The notes beneath the pieces were generated by a model. The model was not told the DNA's origin. It worked only from the letters and a program-made list of their open reading frames with translations, and searched no databases. From Phycisphaera mikurensis NBRC 102666 (lineage in GTDB: Bacteria > Planctomycetota > Phycisphaerae > Phycisphaerales > Phycisphaeraceae), in NCBI RefSeq assembly GCF_000284115.1, contig NC_017080.1, positions 180,001 to 212,000 of the forward strand: a stretch of DNA of 32,000 nucleotides, given 5' to 3'. A program made the translations under genes and the position numbers. Numbering within the stretch: the first letter of the stretch is position 1; the number at the start of each line of letters is the position of its first letter. Shown one piece after another: positions 1-9,666 of the stretch.

Positions 1-859
1 GCGGGTGCTGACCGGCTTCACCCGGGCCCTGCGGGTCAAGTACCAGGACATCGAGGTCAGCCTCTCGGGCGAGGCCGAGGAGGGCTTCGGAGACAACGGT
101 GACCTGGAGCAGGACCTGCAGACGTTGCTCGTGCAGGTGGGCGCCGCGGCCGCCGCGGCGAGGAAGCCGGTGCTGATCCTGATCGACGAGCTGCAGTACG
201 TGAAGGTGACCGAGCTGGGCGCCCTGCTGTCCGCCAGCCACCGGCTCAGCCAGGAAGCGCTGCCGGTGATGCTGATCGGAGCGGGCCTGCCCCAGTTGCT
301 CGCCCGCATGGCGAAGGCGAAGTCCTACGCGGAGCGGCTCTTCGAGTACCCGCGGGTCGATGCGCTGCCCGAGGAGGCCGCCCGCCGGGCGCTGGTGAAG
401 CCCGCCGCGGACGAGGGAGCCGCCTTCGAGGAGGAAGCCCTCGCCGAGATCCTCCGCCAGACCCGCGGCTACCCGTACTTCCTCCAAGAGTGGGGCAAGC
501 ACGCCTGGGACTTCGCCGAGCGGTCGCCGATCACGCTCGACGACGTGGTGGCCGCTTCGGCCGCGGCCGTCTTGGCGCTGGACGAGGGCTTCTTCCGCGT
601 GCGGCTCGACCGCGTGACGCCGATGGAGCGGCGCTACCTCCGGGCCATGGCCGAGCTTGGAGAGGGGCCGCACCGCTCCGGCGACGTGGCCGAGCAGATG
701 AACCGCTCGCTGGAATCGCTGGGTTCCACCCGAGACAAACTCATCCGCAAGGGGATGATCTGGAGCCCGGCGTACGCGGAGATCGCGTTCACGGTGCCGA
801 TGTTCGACCGCTACCTGAAGCGGGTGATCCCGGACGCGGAGGCGGACGAAGAGCCGTGA
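1..859 (+). CDS. AAA+ (archaeal-ATPase/Orc1-Cdc6-like) ATP-binding protein with C-terminal winged-helix-like region; 5' end lies outside the window
   Basis: The frame is open from the window edge. There is a Walker-B-like hhhhDE motif (VLILIDELQYV), then MLIGAGLPQL and GYPYFLQEWGKHAW. The C-terminal segment ERRYLRAMAELGEGPHRSGDVAEQM...KLIRKGMI looks like a wHTH. The stop TGA at 857-859 overlaps the next gene's GTG start. Confidence 0.6.
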   Translation, partial: RVLTGFTRALRVKYQDIEVSLSGEAEEGFGDNGDLEQDLQTLLVQVGAAAAAARKPVLILIDELQYVKVTELGALLSASHRLSQEALPVMLIGAGLPQLLARMAKAKSYAERLFEYPRVDALPEEAARRALVKPAADEGAAFEEEALAEILRQTRGYPYFLQEWGKHAWDFAERSPITLDDVVAASAAAVLALDEGFFRVRLDRVTPMERRYLRAMAELGEGPHRSGDVAEQMNRSLESLGSTRDKLIRKGMIWSPAYAEIAFTVPMFDRYLKRVIPDAEADEEP

Positions 860-2967
860 TCTTCCTCCTCGCCGACACGCTAACCCGAGCGCTCGCGAAG
901 CTCACGAACCAGGAGCAGAAGCGGGTGAAGCTCACGTGCTTCCAGCTTCAAGTGGACCCCACCGGACACGGACTCCAGAAGCACCGAATCGACCATGGGA
1001 AGGACCCCAACTTCTGGTCGGCGCGTGTCAGCCGCGACCTCCGGCTGATCCTTCACCAGACGGGCAGCAGCCTCCTCGCGTGCTACGCCGGGCACCACGA
1101 CGACGCGTACGCGTGGGCGCAGCGCCGGCGGCTGGAGACGCACCCGCGGACGGGGGCGGCGCAGCTGGTGGAGGTGCGCGAAGCGGTGGAGGAAGCAAAT
1201 CCGCGGACCGTGGCCGAAAACGAGGAAACACCGCCACGGTCCGCGGATTCGGCGCCGGGAGTGCCGATCTTCCGGGGGGAGAGCGACGAGCGGCTGCTGT
1301 CCTTTGGCGTGCCGGAGGACTGGCTGCCCGACGTGAAGGCGGTGGTGGACGAGGACGCGCTGCTGGCCCTGGCCGACCGGCTGCCGGCGGAGGCGGCGGA
1401 GGCGCTCCTGTCGCTGGCGGTGGGCGAGGAGCCGGAAGTCACGCCGGCGACCGAGCCCGCTACGCCGGAGGAGGCCCTCGCCCACCCCGACGCTCGGCGC
1501 CGCTTCCACCTGATCGAGAACGATGCGGAGCTGGAGCGGGCCCTGGAGGCACCCGCCGACGGCTGGGCGGTGTTCCTGCACCCCAGCCAGCGGAGAATCG
1601 TCGACGCGACGCCGGCGGGGCCGACGCGGGTGGCCGGCTCGGCGGGCACGGGCAAGACGGTGGTGGCGCTGCACCGGGCGGCGCGGGTCCTGGCGCAGCG
1701 GCCCGAGGCCCGGGTGTTGCTCACAACCTTCGACCCGGTGCTGGCCCGGCAGCTGCGGCGGAAGATGAGCCTGCTGCTGGACGAGGACGCGAGGAAGCGG
1801 CTGGTGGTCAGGTCGCTCGACGACTTCGCGCTCGATCACCACGAGGCGGCAGTGGGCAGCGTGACCGTCGCCACCCGGGGCATGGTCCGCCGGGCGGTGG
1901 AGGACGCGCACGCGGGAGCTGCCCACGCGTTCCCGTGGCTCTCGCCGGAGCTGCTCGAGAGCGAGTGGCGGGACGTGGTGGACGCGTGGCAGATTGAGTC
2001 GCTGGAAGCGTACCGCGAGTTGAAGCGGGTCGGCCAGCGGACGCGGCTCGGCGAGAAGCAGCGGGAGGCGGTGTGGACCTGCCTGGAGGCGGCGCGAAGG
2101 CAGCTCGCCGCGGCCGGGCTCTCGACGATGCCGCGGGTGTATGCGGCGCTCGCGGGGGAAGAGGACCGGGCGGGGATCACGCACGCGGTGGTGGACGAGG
2201 CCCAGGACATCGGCGTGGCGCAGCTGCGGTACCTCGCCGGGCTGACGAAGTCCGAGAAACAGTCCAGCGACGCGCCGGACGCCCTGTTCTTCGCCGGCGA
2301 CCTCAACCAGCGGATCTTCCAGGCACCCTTCTCCTGGAAGCAGCTGGGGGTGGACGTCCGCGGGCGCAGCCGGACGCTGAAGCTGAACTACCGCACCAGC
2401 CACCAGATCCGCCGCGTGTCCGACCGGCTGCTGGACCCCACCGCCGCCGACGTGGACGGCAACGAGGCCGACAGCCGCGGAACCACTTCCGCCTTCAGCG
2501 GCCCGCCACCGGAAGTCCGCGCGTTCGACGACGCCGCGGCGGAGAGTCAGGCGGCGGGCGCGTGGATCGCGGAGCGGCTGGCCGAGGGCGTGCCGGCCGA
2601 GGAGATCGCCGTCTTCACGCGGACCGAGGGTCTTCTAACCCGCGCCGAGGCGGCGGTCCGCGGCGCGGGGGCCACGCCGGCGGTGCTCGATGGCCGGGCC
2701 GACCGCCCCGCCGGGCGCGTCGCCATCGGGCCGATGCACCGGGCCAAGGGCCTGGAGTTCCGGGCCGTGGCGGTCATCGCCTGCGATCGCGACGTGCTCC
2801 CGCTGTCATCCCGTCTGCTCGCCACGCCCGACCCCGCCCGCTGGCAGGACGTGCTCGACGCGGAGCGGCACCTGCTCTACGTCGCCTGCACGCGCGCCCG
2901 CGAGCGCTTGCTGGTGACGGCCGTTTCGCCTGCGAGCGAGCTGCTCGACGAGCTGGGCGGGAGCTGA
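856..2967 (+). CDS. Superfamily-1 UvrD/Rep-like helicase with an N-terminal RelE/ParE-like domain
   Basis: The GTG at 856 is in the frame of ORF 490..2967 and forms a GTGA overlap with the upstream stop. The SF1 motif set is present: GSAGTGKT (Walker A), VVDEAQDIG (motif II), LNYRTSHQI, GPMHRAKGLEFRAV and LLYVACTRARERLLV. The N-terminal ~95 aa (FWSARVSRDLRLILHQTGSSLLACYAGHHDDAYAWA) resemble a RelE/ParE fold by eye. The part of the ORF upstream of 856 overlaps gene 1 and is Arg/Gly-rich junk. Confidence 0.8.
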   Translation: MIFLLADTLTRALAKLTNQEQKRVKLTCFQLQVDPTGHGLQKHRIDHGKDPNFWSARVSRDLRLILHQTGSSLLACYAGHHDDAYAWAQRRRLETHPRTGAAQLVEVREAVEEANPRTVAENEETPPRSADSAPGVPIFRGESDERLLSFGVPEDWLPDVKAVVDEDALLALADRLPAEAAEALLSLAVGEEPEVTPATEPATPEEALAHPDARRRFHLIENDAELERALEAPADGWAVFLHPSQRRIVDATPAGPTRVAGSAGTGKTVVALHRAARVLAQRPEARVLLTTFDPVLARQLRRKMSLLLDEDARKRLVVRSLDDFALDHHEAAVGSVTVATRGMVRRAVEDAHAGAAHAFPWLSPELLESEWRDVVDAWQIESLEAYRELKRVGQRTRLGEKQREAVWTCLEAARRQLAAAGLSTMPRVYAALAGEEDRAGITHAVVDEAQDIGVAQLRYLAGLTKSEKQSSDAPDALFFAGDLNQRIFQAPFSWKQLGVDVRGRSRTLKLNYRTSHQIRRVSDRLLDPTAADVDGNEADSRGTTSAFSGPPPEVRAFDDAAAESQAAGAWIAERLAEGVPAEEIAVFTRTEGLLTRAEAAVRGAGATPAVLDGRADRPAGRVAIGPMHRAKGLEFRAVAVIACDRDVLPLSSRLLATPDPARWQDVLDAERHLLYVACTRARERLLVTAVSPASELLDELGGS

Positions 2968-2975
2968 AGCGCCGG

Positions 2976-4127
2976 TCAGCCACCCGCAAAGAGCCCCTCG
3001 CCGGCCTCGCCCGCCTCGAAGCCCACGTGGTCGGCGCCGGCCTTGGTGAGGTGGCGGCCCTTTCGGGTGCGGGCGAGGAAGCCGAGCTGGAGGAGGTAGG
3101 GCTCGACGACGCTCTCCAGCGTGCCGGCGTCCTCGCCGAGCGTGGCGGCAACGGCTTCGAGGCCGACGGGGCCGCCGTGATAGACCTTCGCGATGACGCC
3201 GAGGTAGGCGCGGTCGAGGTCGTCGAGGCCGAGGGCGTCGATGCCTTCGAGCTTCAGCGCTTCGTCGACGACGGCGCGGTCCAGCCGGCCCGCGGCCTTC
3301 ACCTGCGCGTAGTCGCGGACGCGGCGCAGCAGCCGGTTGGCGATCCGCGGCGTGCCGCGGCAGCGGCCGGCGATCGCGCCCATCGCCTCGCGGCCGCCGG
3401 CGTCCATGTCCAGGTCGAGCAGCCCGGCGGAGCGTTCGAGGATCGTGAGAAGCTCGCCGCGGGTGTAGAACTGCAGGTTGTGCGCGATGCCGAAGCGGGA
3501 GCGCATCGGCCCGCTCAGCAGGCCCGCCCGCGTGGTGGCGCCGATGAGCGTGAAGGGCTTCAGCTTGAGCGCGATCGTCTTCGCGTGCATGCCCGAATCG
3601 ACGGTGAAGTCGATCTGGAAATCCTCCATCGCCGGGTAGACGAACTCCTCAACGGCGACGGGCAGCCGGTGGATCTCGTCGATGAACAGCACGTCGCCGT
3701 GCTGGAGCTTGGTGAGCGTGCCGACCAGGTCGGCACCCTTGGTGAGCGCCGGCCCGCTGGTGATCGCGCAGTGCGTGCCCATCTCCTTGGCGATGATGTG
3801 CGCGAGCGTGGTCTTGCCCAGGCCCGGCGGGCCGTGCAGCAGCACGTGCTCCATGGGCTCGTTGCGGGCCCGGACGGCCTGCAGCGTGATGGAGAGCTTC
3901 TCCTTGAGCGTGGCCTGGCCGACGTAGTCCTCCAGGGCGTCGGGGCGCAGCGACAGGTTGACGGCCTCCTCGACGGGGCCGGCGGACTCGGCGGCGATGA
4001 GGCGTTCTTTGGCCACGCCGGACACGTTACGAACCGCCCGCAGGCTGCTCCTCTCGGGAAGCGCCGAGCGAAGCCAGAAGGCGTCGAACGCAGCGGCGGC
4101 TCCGCCGACGCGGAGGCGCGAACGCAT
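2976..4127 (-). CDS. ruvB: Holliday junction branch migration helicase RuvB
   Basis: Near-canonical RuvB sequence: LRPDALEDYVGQ, LLHGPPGLGKTTLAHIIA, VLFIDEIHRL, TLIGATTRAGLLSGPMRSRFG and RGTPRIANRLLRRVRD. The N-terminus is about 35 aa longer than in typical RuvB. An alternative GTG start at 4025 (VSGVAKERL...) is possible. Confidence 0.93.
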   Translation of the reverse strand: MRSRLRVGGAAAAFDAFWLRSALPERSSLRAVRNVSGVAKERLIAAESAGPVEEAVNLSLRPDALEDYVGQATLKEKLSITLQAVRARNEPMEHVLLHGPPGLGKTTLAHIIAKEMGTHCAITSGPALTKGADLVGTLTKLQHGDVLFIDEIHRLPVAVEEFVYPAMEDFQIDFTVDSGMHAKTIALKLKPFTLIGATTRAGLLSGPMRSRFGIAHNLQFYTRGELLTILERSAGLLDLDMDAGGREAMGAIAGRCRGTPRIANRLLRRVRDYAQVKAAGRLDRAVVDEALKLEGIDALGLDDLDRAYLGVIAKVYHGGPVGLEAVAATLGEDAGTLESVVEPYLLQLGFLARTRKGRHLTKAGADHVGFEAGEAGEGLFAGG

Positions 4128-4154
4128 CGGGACGCCCCGATCCGACCCGCAGGG

Positions 4155-5882
4155 TCAGATCAAGCCAACGACGCGGTGCGCCTCGTCGATCCCCGTCTCC
4201 CCCGCGAGGATCAGCTCCCGCGCCCGCTCCCGCAGCGTCACCAGCCCCGCCTCTCTCGCCGCCGCCTTGAGCTGCGCGATGTTCGGCTTGGCCATGACGA
4301 CGTCGCGGATCGCGTCGCTGGCGGTCATCAGCTCGTGCACGCCGGTGCGGCCGCGGTAGCCGGTGGCGAAGCACCGGGCGCAGCCGACGGGGCCAAGAAC
4401 GGGGTCCTCGGGCGGGCTCTCGAGGCCGAGGCGGGCGAGGTCCGGAGCGGTCAGCTCCACCGGGGCCTTGCAGTGCGGGCACAGCGTGCGGACCAGCCGC
4501 TGGGCGAGCACGAGGTTCAGCGTGCTGGCGACGAGGTAGGGCTCGACGCCGAGGTCCAGCAGGCGGAAGATCGTGCCGATCGCGTCGTTGGCGTGGATGG
4601 TCGACAGCACCAGGTGCCCGGTCGTCGCGGCCTGCATCGCGGTGACGGCGGTGTCCTGGTCGCGGATCTCGCCGAGCACGATGACGTCGGGGTCCTGCCG
4701 CAGGCACGAGCGCAGCAGCGCCGAGAAGCCGTGGCCGCGCTCGGTGTCGACGGGGATCTGCGTGACGCCCTCGAGCTCGTACTCGATGGGGTCCTCGATC
4801 GTGATGACGTTGCGCAGCCCGGCGTCGATGCCGCGGAGGACCGCGTACAGCGTCGTGGTCTTGCCCGAGCCGGTCGGGCCGCACACGGTCATCAGCCCGG
4901 TGCTCACCTCGCTGGCGGCGGAGAGGCTGGAGATGATGCCCGGCGGGGCCCCGAGGCTCTCCAGCGTCTGCGGCGCGAGCGTCTTGTCGAGCACGCGCAG
5001 CACCATCTTCTGGCCGTGCATCACCGGGGTGAAGCTCACGCGGTAGTCGATGCTGCGGCTGGGCGTGCGGACGCTGAAGTGGCCCTCCTGCACGATCGCC
5101 CGCTGGGAGATGTCGATGTCGGAGAGCACCTTGCACAGCGAGGCGATCCGCTTGTACAGGTCGGCGGGCAGGTCGCAGACGGTGATCATCGCGCCGTCGA
5201 TGCGCATCCGCAGGTTGGCGTCGGCCTGGCCGGGCTCCAGGTGCAGGTCGGTGGCGTGGCAGCGGGCCGCCCCGTAGAGCATCATCTGCAGCACCATCAG
5301 CGAGTCGCTGCCGCCGCCGCCCTCCTCGCCGTGGACGACCTGGCTGCGGGCGTTGAGCAGGCCCATCTGGTCGAGCCGGAAGCCCGGGTCGTTGCCGATC
5401 TTCGCGAGCGACTGGATCGAGTCGGCGCCGTAGGCGTTGGCGACCTTTCTCGCGGTCGCGGGGGCGGTCGCGGCCCGGGGTGCGGCCGCGGCCGCGGCGT
5501 CGGCCGTCTCGGCTTCGCCCTCGACGAGCACCGCGACGTCGAACACCTCGTCCTCCTCCTCGCCCGCCCCCGGGGCCGCGGCGACCGTCGCCCGCTCCAC
5601 GAAGCGGACGTGCGTGGAGCCCAGGCGGAAGACGCCCTGGTCGCGCAGCTTCACCGCCTCCACGCGGTGCTTGCCGACGAAGGTGCCGTTGCGGCTCTTG
5701 AGGTCGTGCAGAACCCAGCGGCCGTCCACCGGCGCCACCGCGCAGTGCCGCCGGGAGATCTGCGGGTCGTCGGTGATGGTGATCGCGCACTCCCCGAGCC
5801 GGCCGAGGTACGCCGGCCCGTCGCCGAGCTCGACCGCTTCCAGCACCCGCCCGCTCGCGTCGATCCGTTCCAGGAGTGGCAT
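4155..5882 (-). CDS. FHA-domain-fused type II/IV secretion-family ATPase (GspE/PilB-like)
   Basis: I chose the start at ATG 5882 (MPLLERIDASG). The ORF extends to 5948 with an Arg/Gly-rich leader. The N-terminal FHA domain reads ITITDDPQISRRHCAV...HDLKSRNGTFVGKHRV. The ATPase core has GPTGSGKTTTLYA (Walker A), ITIEDPIEYEL (Asp box), DPDVIVLGEIRD (Walker B) and TGHLVLSTIHAND (His box). A tetracysteine CPHC...CARC is present. Confidence 0.85.
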   Translation of the reverse strand: MPLLERIDASGRVLEAVELGDGPAYLGRLGECAITITDDPQISRRHCAVAPVDGRWVLHDLKSRNGTFVGKHRVEAVKLRDQGVFRLGSTHVRFVERATVAAAPGAGEEEDEVFDVAVLVEGEAETADAAAAAAPRAATAPATARKVANAYGADSIQSLAKIGNDPGFRLDQMGLLNARSQVVHGEEGGGGSDSLMVLQMMLYGAARCHATDLHLEPGQADANLRMRIDGAMITVCDLPADLYKRIASLCKVLSDIDISQRAIVQEGHFSVRTPSRSIDYRVSFTPVMHGQKMVLRVLDKTLAPQTLESLGAPPGIISSLSAASEVSTGLMTVCGPTGSGKTTTLYAVLRGIDAGLRNVITIEDPIEYELEGVTQIPVDTERGHGFSALLRSCLRQDPDVIVLGEIRDQDTAVTAMQAATTGHLVLSTIHANDAIGTIFRLLDLGVEPYLVASTLNLVLAQRLVRTLCPHCKAPVELTAPDLARLGLESPPEDPVLGPVGCARCFATGYRGRTGVHELMTASDAIRDVVMAKPNIAQLKAAAREAGLVTLRERARELILAGETGIDEAHRVVGLI

Positions 5883-5997
5883 GGCGGGGAGGGTAGAGCG
5901 TGGCCGCCGGCCGCCGCCGGAGCAGCCGCGGCCGCGGACCGCGGGCATCGCGTGCCGCTTCCGGCGACGGTCCGCGGCCGGCCGGATCCCGCCGGCT

Positions 5998-8628
5998 TCA
6001 GGCCGCCCGCCTCAGCAGCCGCTCCTCGGCCTCGGACGCTTGCTCCGCCCCCACCAGCCGCAGCGGCCGCTCGGCCGCCAGGGCCGCCGCCCAGGCGGGC
6101 ACCTCGTCCGCCGGCAGCGGCCTCGAGAAGTGGTACCCCTGCGCGTGGCTGCACTTCAGGCGGGCGACGTGCTCGAGCTGGGCGGGGGTCTCGATGCCCT
6201 CGGCGACGATGTCGATGTCGAGGTCCTCGGCGAGGCGCGCGACCGCGGAGAGCATCGCGACCCGGCGCGGGTCGTCCTGCAGGTCGGCCACGAAGGAGCG
6301 GTCGATCTTCAGGACGTCCAGCGGGAAGCGGTCGAGGCAGGCCAGCGAGGAGTGGCCCGACCCGAAGTCGTCCATGTCGATCTGCACGCCCAGGGCGCGG
6401 ACGGCGGCGAGCGCCGTGAGCGCCGACTCCGGGTCGGACATCACCTCGGTCTCGGTGACCTCCAGGTGCAGCGACGCCGCGTCGATGCCGTGGCGCCGCA
6501 GGCACTCCCCGACCTCGCTGGCGAGCGTCGCCTCGCGCAGCTGCTGCCGGGCGAGGTTCACGCCGATCTTCCAGCCCGCGGCGCCCGGCACGCCGGCGGC
6601 CCGCCACGCGGCGAGCTGCCCGAGGGCGTCGCTGAGCACGCGGGCACCGATCGGCTGGATCAGCCCGGTCTCCTCGGCGACGCCGATGAAGGCGAACGGG
6701 GCGAGGCGGCCACGCTGGGGGTGGTTCCACCGCACCAGCGCCTCCAGGCGGTGGATCTCCGGCGGCCCGCCCGCGGAGGGGAGGCTCATGATCGGCTGGT
6801 AGAAGACCTCCATCTCGCCGCGCTCGGCGGCGCCGCGGAGGTCGGTCTCGGTCTGCAGCCGCTCGGCGACCCGCTCGCGCATCGCCCGGTCGAAGAGCAC
6901 GCACGCGGCCCGGCCCGCGGCCTTGGCTTCGTACATCGCGGTGTCCGCGTCGCGCACCATCTCCTCGGCCCACTCGTAGCTGCCGTCGCCGAGCACCACG
7001 CCGATGCTGGCGGTGGAGACGACCTGGCGGCCGCCGAGGTCGTACGGCTCGGCCAGCCGGGCGAGCAGCCGCTCGGCGACGGCGACCGCGTCGGCCGGGC
7101 GGGCGAGGTTCTCCAACGCCACGATGAACTCGTCTCCGCCGAAGCGTGCCGCCGCCCCGCGGGACATCTCCGACGTGCGGGGCCCGGGCCGGCCGCTGCT
7201 GGCGGCGGCGAGGTCGTTGCCGCGGAGCTCGGCGGTGAGGCGCTCGGCGATCGCCCGCAGCAGCCGGTCGCCGCTTTGGTGGCCCAGCGAGTCGTTGATG
7301 ATCTTGAAGCGGTCGAAGTCCAGGAAGAGGACGCCGTGGTGGTAGCCCGGTTCGCCACGGGCCCGCTCCAGCGACTCCTGCACGCGGTGCAGCAGCGCCG
7401 GCCGGTTGGCCAGGCCGGTGAGCCGGTCGGTGAGCGCGGCGGTGCGGAGGTTCTCGGTCATCCGCCGGGCGATCGTCTCGGCCCGGGAAGCCAGCTTCAC
7501 CTGGGCGTGCTGCAGCACGGCGAGCAGGCACGCCAGCACCGCCCCGACCAGGCCGGCGAGCCACACGTCGCCGGTGGGCCGGGCCTGGAAGGCCGCCGAG
7601 GGCGCCGCTTCGAGCGTCCACCGCCGGCCCGCGATCGACAGCGGAACCGGCGGGCCCAGCGACGCCGCGGCGACGCCGCTCCCGGTGCCGGCGGATCCCT
7701 CCGCTGCGCGGGAATCAAAGAGCGTGCTGCCCGTGGAGGAGGCGATGCGGAAGTCCAGCTCGGAATCGACCGACTCGGGCAGGCCGGCGAACAGCGCCTC
7801 GCGGTCGAGCCGCATGAAGACCCAGCCGCGGCTGAGCGTCATCCGCTCGGAGATCACCGGCGTGACGCCGCCGCGGTAGATCGGCATCAGCAGGTACATG
7901 CCGCTGGCGGTCTCGACGAAGACGCTGTGGCCCAGGCCGGTCGCCCGCGCGAGCGCCGCGTCGATCACCGGGGTCCGCACGAACGGCCCCGACGGGGGGA
8001 TCGGGCCGTTGGGCACCGCCGCGGAGAGCAGGACCGGGAGCTTGCCCGCCTTCGCCTCGTCCGGCAGGCCGATCTTGCCCACCAGCTCGGCGGCGGGGAA
8101 GGCGAGGCGGAGATTCAGCGAGTCGACCGCCTCGCGGAAGGCGAGGTCCAGCGGGGTCGCGAGCAGGATCGGGTTGGACCGACACGCGACGGCGGCGCCC
8201 GGGCCGCTGGCGGGCCCCGCGTCGTCGGCGGAGCCGGCCGGCCACGGCCGCGCGGCCCCGAGGCCGGCCGCGACCTCCGAGGCGAGCACGAGGCCGCGGA
8301 CGGCCTGCAGCCCGTGGCGGTGGTCCATCATCCGCCGCGACAGGGTGTACCGCAGCTTCTCCTCGAGGTGCTTCATCCGCTCCGCGTCGGCCGCGGCGTG
8401 CCAGCCGAGCATCACCACCACCGAGGCCGCGGTCAGCGCCAGGACGGCGGCGATGGTCAGCGGCACCGCCGTGCGGTTGAAGGTCGTCCGCAGGTGCCGC
8501 TCGCCGCCGCCGACGGCCGGCGGTGCGGCCCGCCAAGGGCCGCCGCGTCGGCCGGTGGCGCGGCGATCCGCTCCCCTTCGGGGGTTGGCGGGGGCGTCCC
8601 GCGGGCACGGCTGGAAGGCTTTGCTCAT
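5998..8628 (-). CDS. Membrane sensor diguanylate cyclase/phosphodiesterase (periplasmic sensor - GGDEF - EAL)
   Basis: Two TM segments (VPLTIAAVLALTAASVVVMLGW and VWLAGLVGAVLACLLAVL) bracket a periplasmic domain of about 300 aa. The GGDEF motif is intact (RFGGDEFIVAL). The EAL domain has EALVRWNHP, DDFGSGHSSL, LKIDRSF, AEGIET and QGYHFSRP. Confidence 0.9.
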   Translation of the reverse strand: MSKAFQPCPRDAPANPRRGADRRATGRRGGPWRAAPPAVGGGERHLRTTFNRTAVPLTIAAVLALTAASVVVMLGWHAAADAERMKHLEEKLRYTLSRRMMDHRHGLQAVRGLVLASEVAAGLGAARPWPAGSADDAGPASGPGAAVACRSNPILLATPLDLAFREAVDSLNLRLAFPAAELVGKIGLPDEAKAGKLPVLLSAAVPNGPIPPSGPFVRTPVIDAALARATGLGHSVFVETASGMYLLMPIYRGGVTPVISERMTLSRGWVFMRLDREALFAGLPESVDSELDFRIASSTGSTLFDSRAAEGSAGTGSGVAAASLGPPVPLSIAGRRWTLEAAPSAAFQARPTGDVWLAGLVGAVLACLLAVLQHAQVKLASRAETIARRMTENLRTAALTDRLTGLANRPALLHRVQESLERARGEPGYHHGVLFLDFDRFKIINDSLGHQSGDRLLRAIAERLTAELRGNDLAAASSGRPGPRTSEMSRGAAARFGGDEFIVALENLARPADAVAVAERLLARLAEPYDLGGRQVVSTASIGVVLGDGSYEWAEEMVRDADTAMYEAKAAGRAACVLFDRAMRERVAERLQTETDLRGAAERGEMEVFYQPIMSLPSAGGPPEIHRLEALVRWNHPQRGRLAPFAFIGVAEETGLIQPIGARVLSDALGQLAAWRAAGVPGAAGWKIGVNLARQQLREATLASEVGECLRRHGIDAASLHLEVTETEVMSDPESALTALAAVRALGVQIDMDDFGSGHSSLACLDRFPLDVLKIDRSFVADLQDDPRRVAMLSAVARLAEDLDIDIVAEGIETPAQLEHVARLKCSHAQGYHFSRPLPADEVPAWAAALAAERPLRLVGAEQASEAEERLLRRAA

Positions 8629-8745
8629 GAGCGCGCGGCGTCCGGTCGATCCGAAACCCCCACCGGACGCCCGGGCGGTCGACCGACCGGGCTGGCGGCT
8701 ACGCCATCGACCGCCCGGCCCGCCGACTTCACCCGCGGTTTTCGA

Positions 8746-9666
8746 TCAGCGCAGACCCAGCACCGCGTCGATGCAGGCCCGGTTCACCGCCGCGTTCGCC
8801 GCGGCCAGGTTGTTGGCGTTGTGCGACCCCAGGATCACCCCGGGCAGGTCCCGCAGCGGGCTCTCCCGCGGGAGCGGCTCCTCCGCGAAGACGTCCAGCG
8901 CCGCGCCGGAGAGACGCCCCGCCGCCAGCGCCGCGTGGAGCGACGGCTCGTCCACGACCGGCCCCCGGGCCACGTTCACCAGCGTCGCGCCCGGCTTCAT
9001 CGCCGCCAACGCCGCGGCATCGAGCAGGCGCCGGGTCGCGGGGACCAGCGGGCAGCACAGCACCACGTGATCGGCTTGGGCCAGGAGCTCCGGGAGCGGG
9101 GCCGGTTCCACCCCCGCGGGAGGCTCGGCGGCCGGATCGGCACCCAGCAGCCGGCAGCCGAAGCCCGCGAGCCGCGCCGCGGTCGCCCGCCCGATCGCCC
9201 CGAGCCCCACGATCCCCACGACCGAACCCGCCAGGCCGCGGCCCTCGGGCTTGGGCCAGCCCCCCGCCCGGACGGCGGCGTCCACCGCGAGGAGGTGCCG
9301 CGTGAGCATCAGGAGGTAGCCCACCGCCACCTCCGCCACCGCCACCCCGAACGCCCCGGGCGTGTTGCGGACTTGCACGCCGCGGCGGCGGGCCGCGTCG
9401 AGATCGAAGCTGTCCAGCCCCACGCCCCACTTGGCGATGAGGCGGAGCCGCGGGGTCGCGGCGGCGAGCACGGCGTCGGTCACCTCGTCGTCGCCCGCGA
9501 TCCAGCCGTCGAAGCCGCGGGAGCCGAACAGCGCGAGCAGCTCGGCTTCGCCGAGCGCCTGCTTCACCGGGTGGGGGACCAGCCGAACCCCCGCGGCGTC
9601 GAGCTCCGCCGCGAAGGCCGGGGCGTCCCGCTGCATGACCAGATTGGTGACGAGGACGTCGATCAT
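8746..9666 (-). CDS. D-isomer-specific 2-hydroxyacid dehydrogenase family protein (phosphoglycerate dehydrogenase-like)
   Basis: NAD-binding loop GIVGLGAIGRATAARL. Catalytic-region motifs NVARGPVVDE and LGSHNANN. Length and layout are typical of the family. Confidence 0.85.
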   Translation of the reverse strand: MIDVLVTNLVMQRDAPAFAAELDAAGVRLVPHPVKQALGEAELLALFGSRGFDGWIAGDDEVTDAVLAAATPRLRLIAKWGVGLDSFDLDAARRRGVQVRNTPGAFGVAVAEVAVGYLLMLTRHLLAVDAAVRAGGWPKPEGRGLAGSVVGIVGLGAIGRATAARLAGFGCRLLGADPAAEPPAGVEPAPLPELLAQADHVVLCCPLVPATRRLLDAAALAAMKPGATLVNVARGPVVDEPSLHAALAAGRLSGAALDVFAEEPLPRESPLRDLPGVILGSHNANNLAAANAAVNRACIDAVLGLR

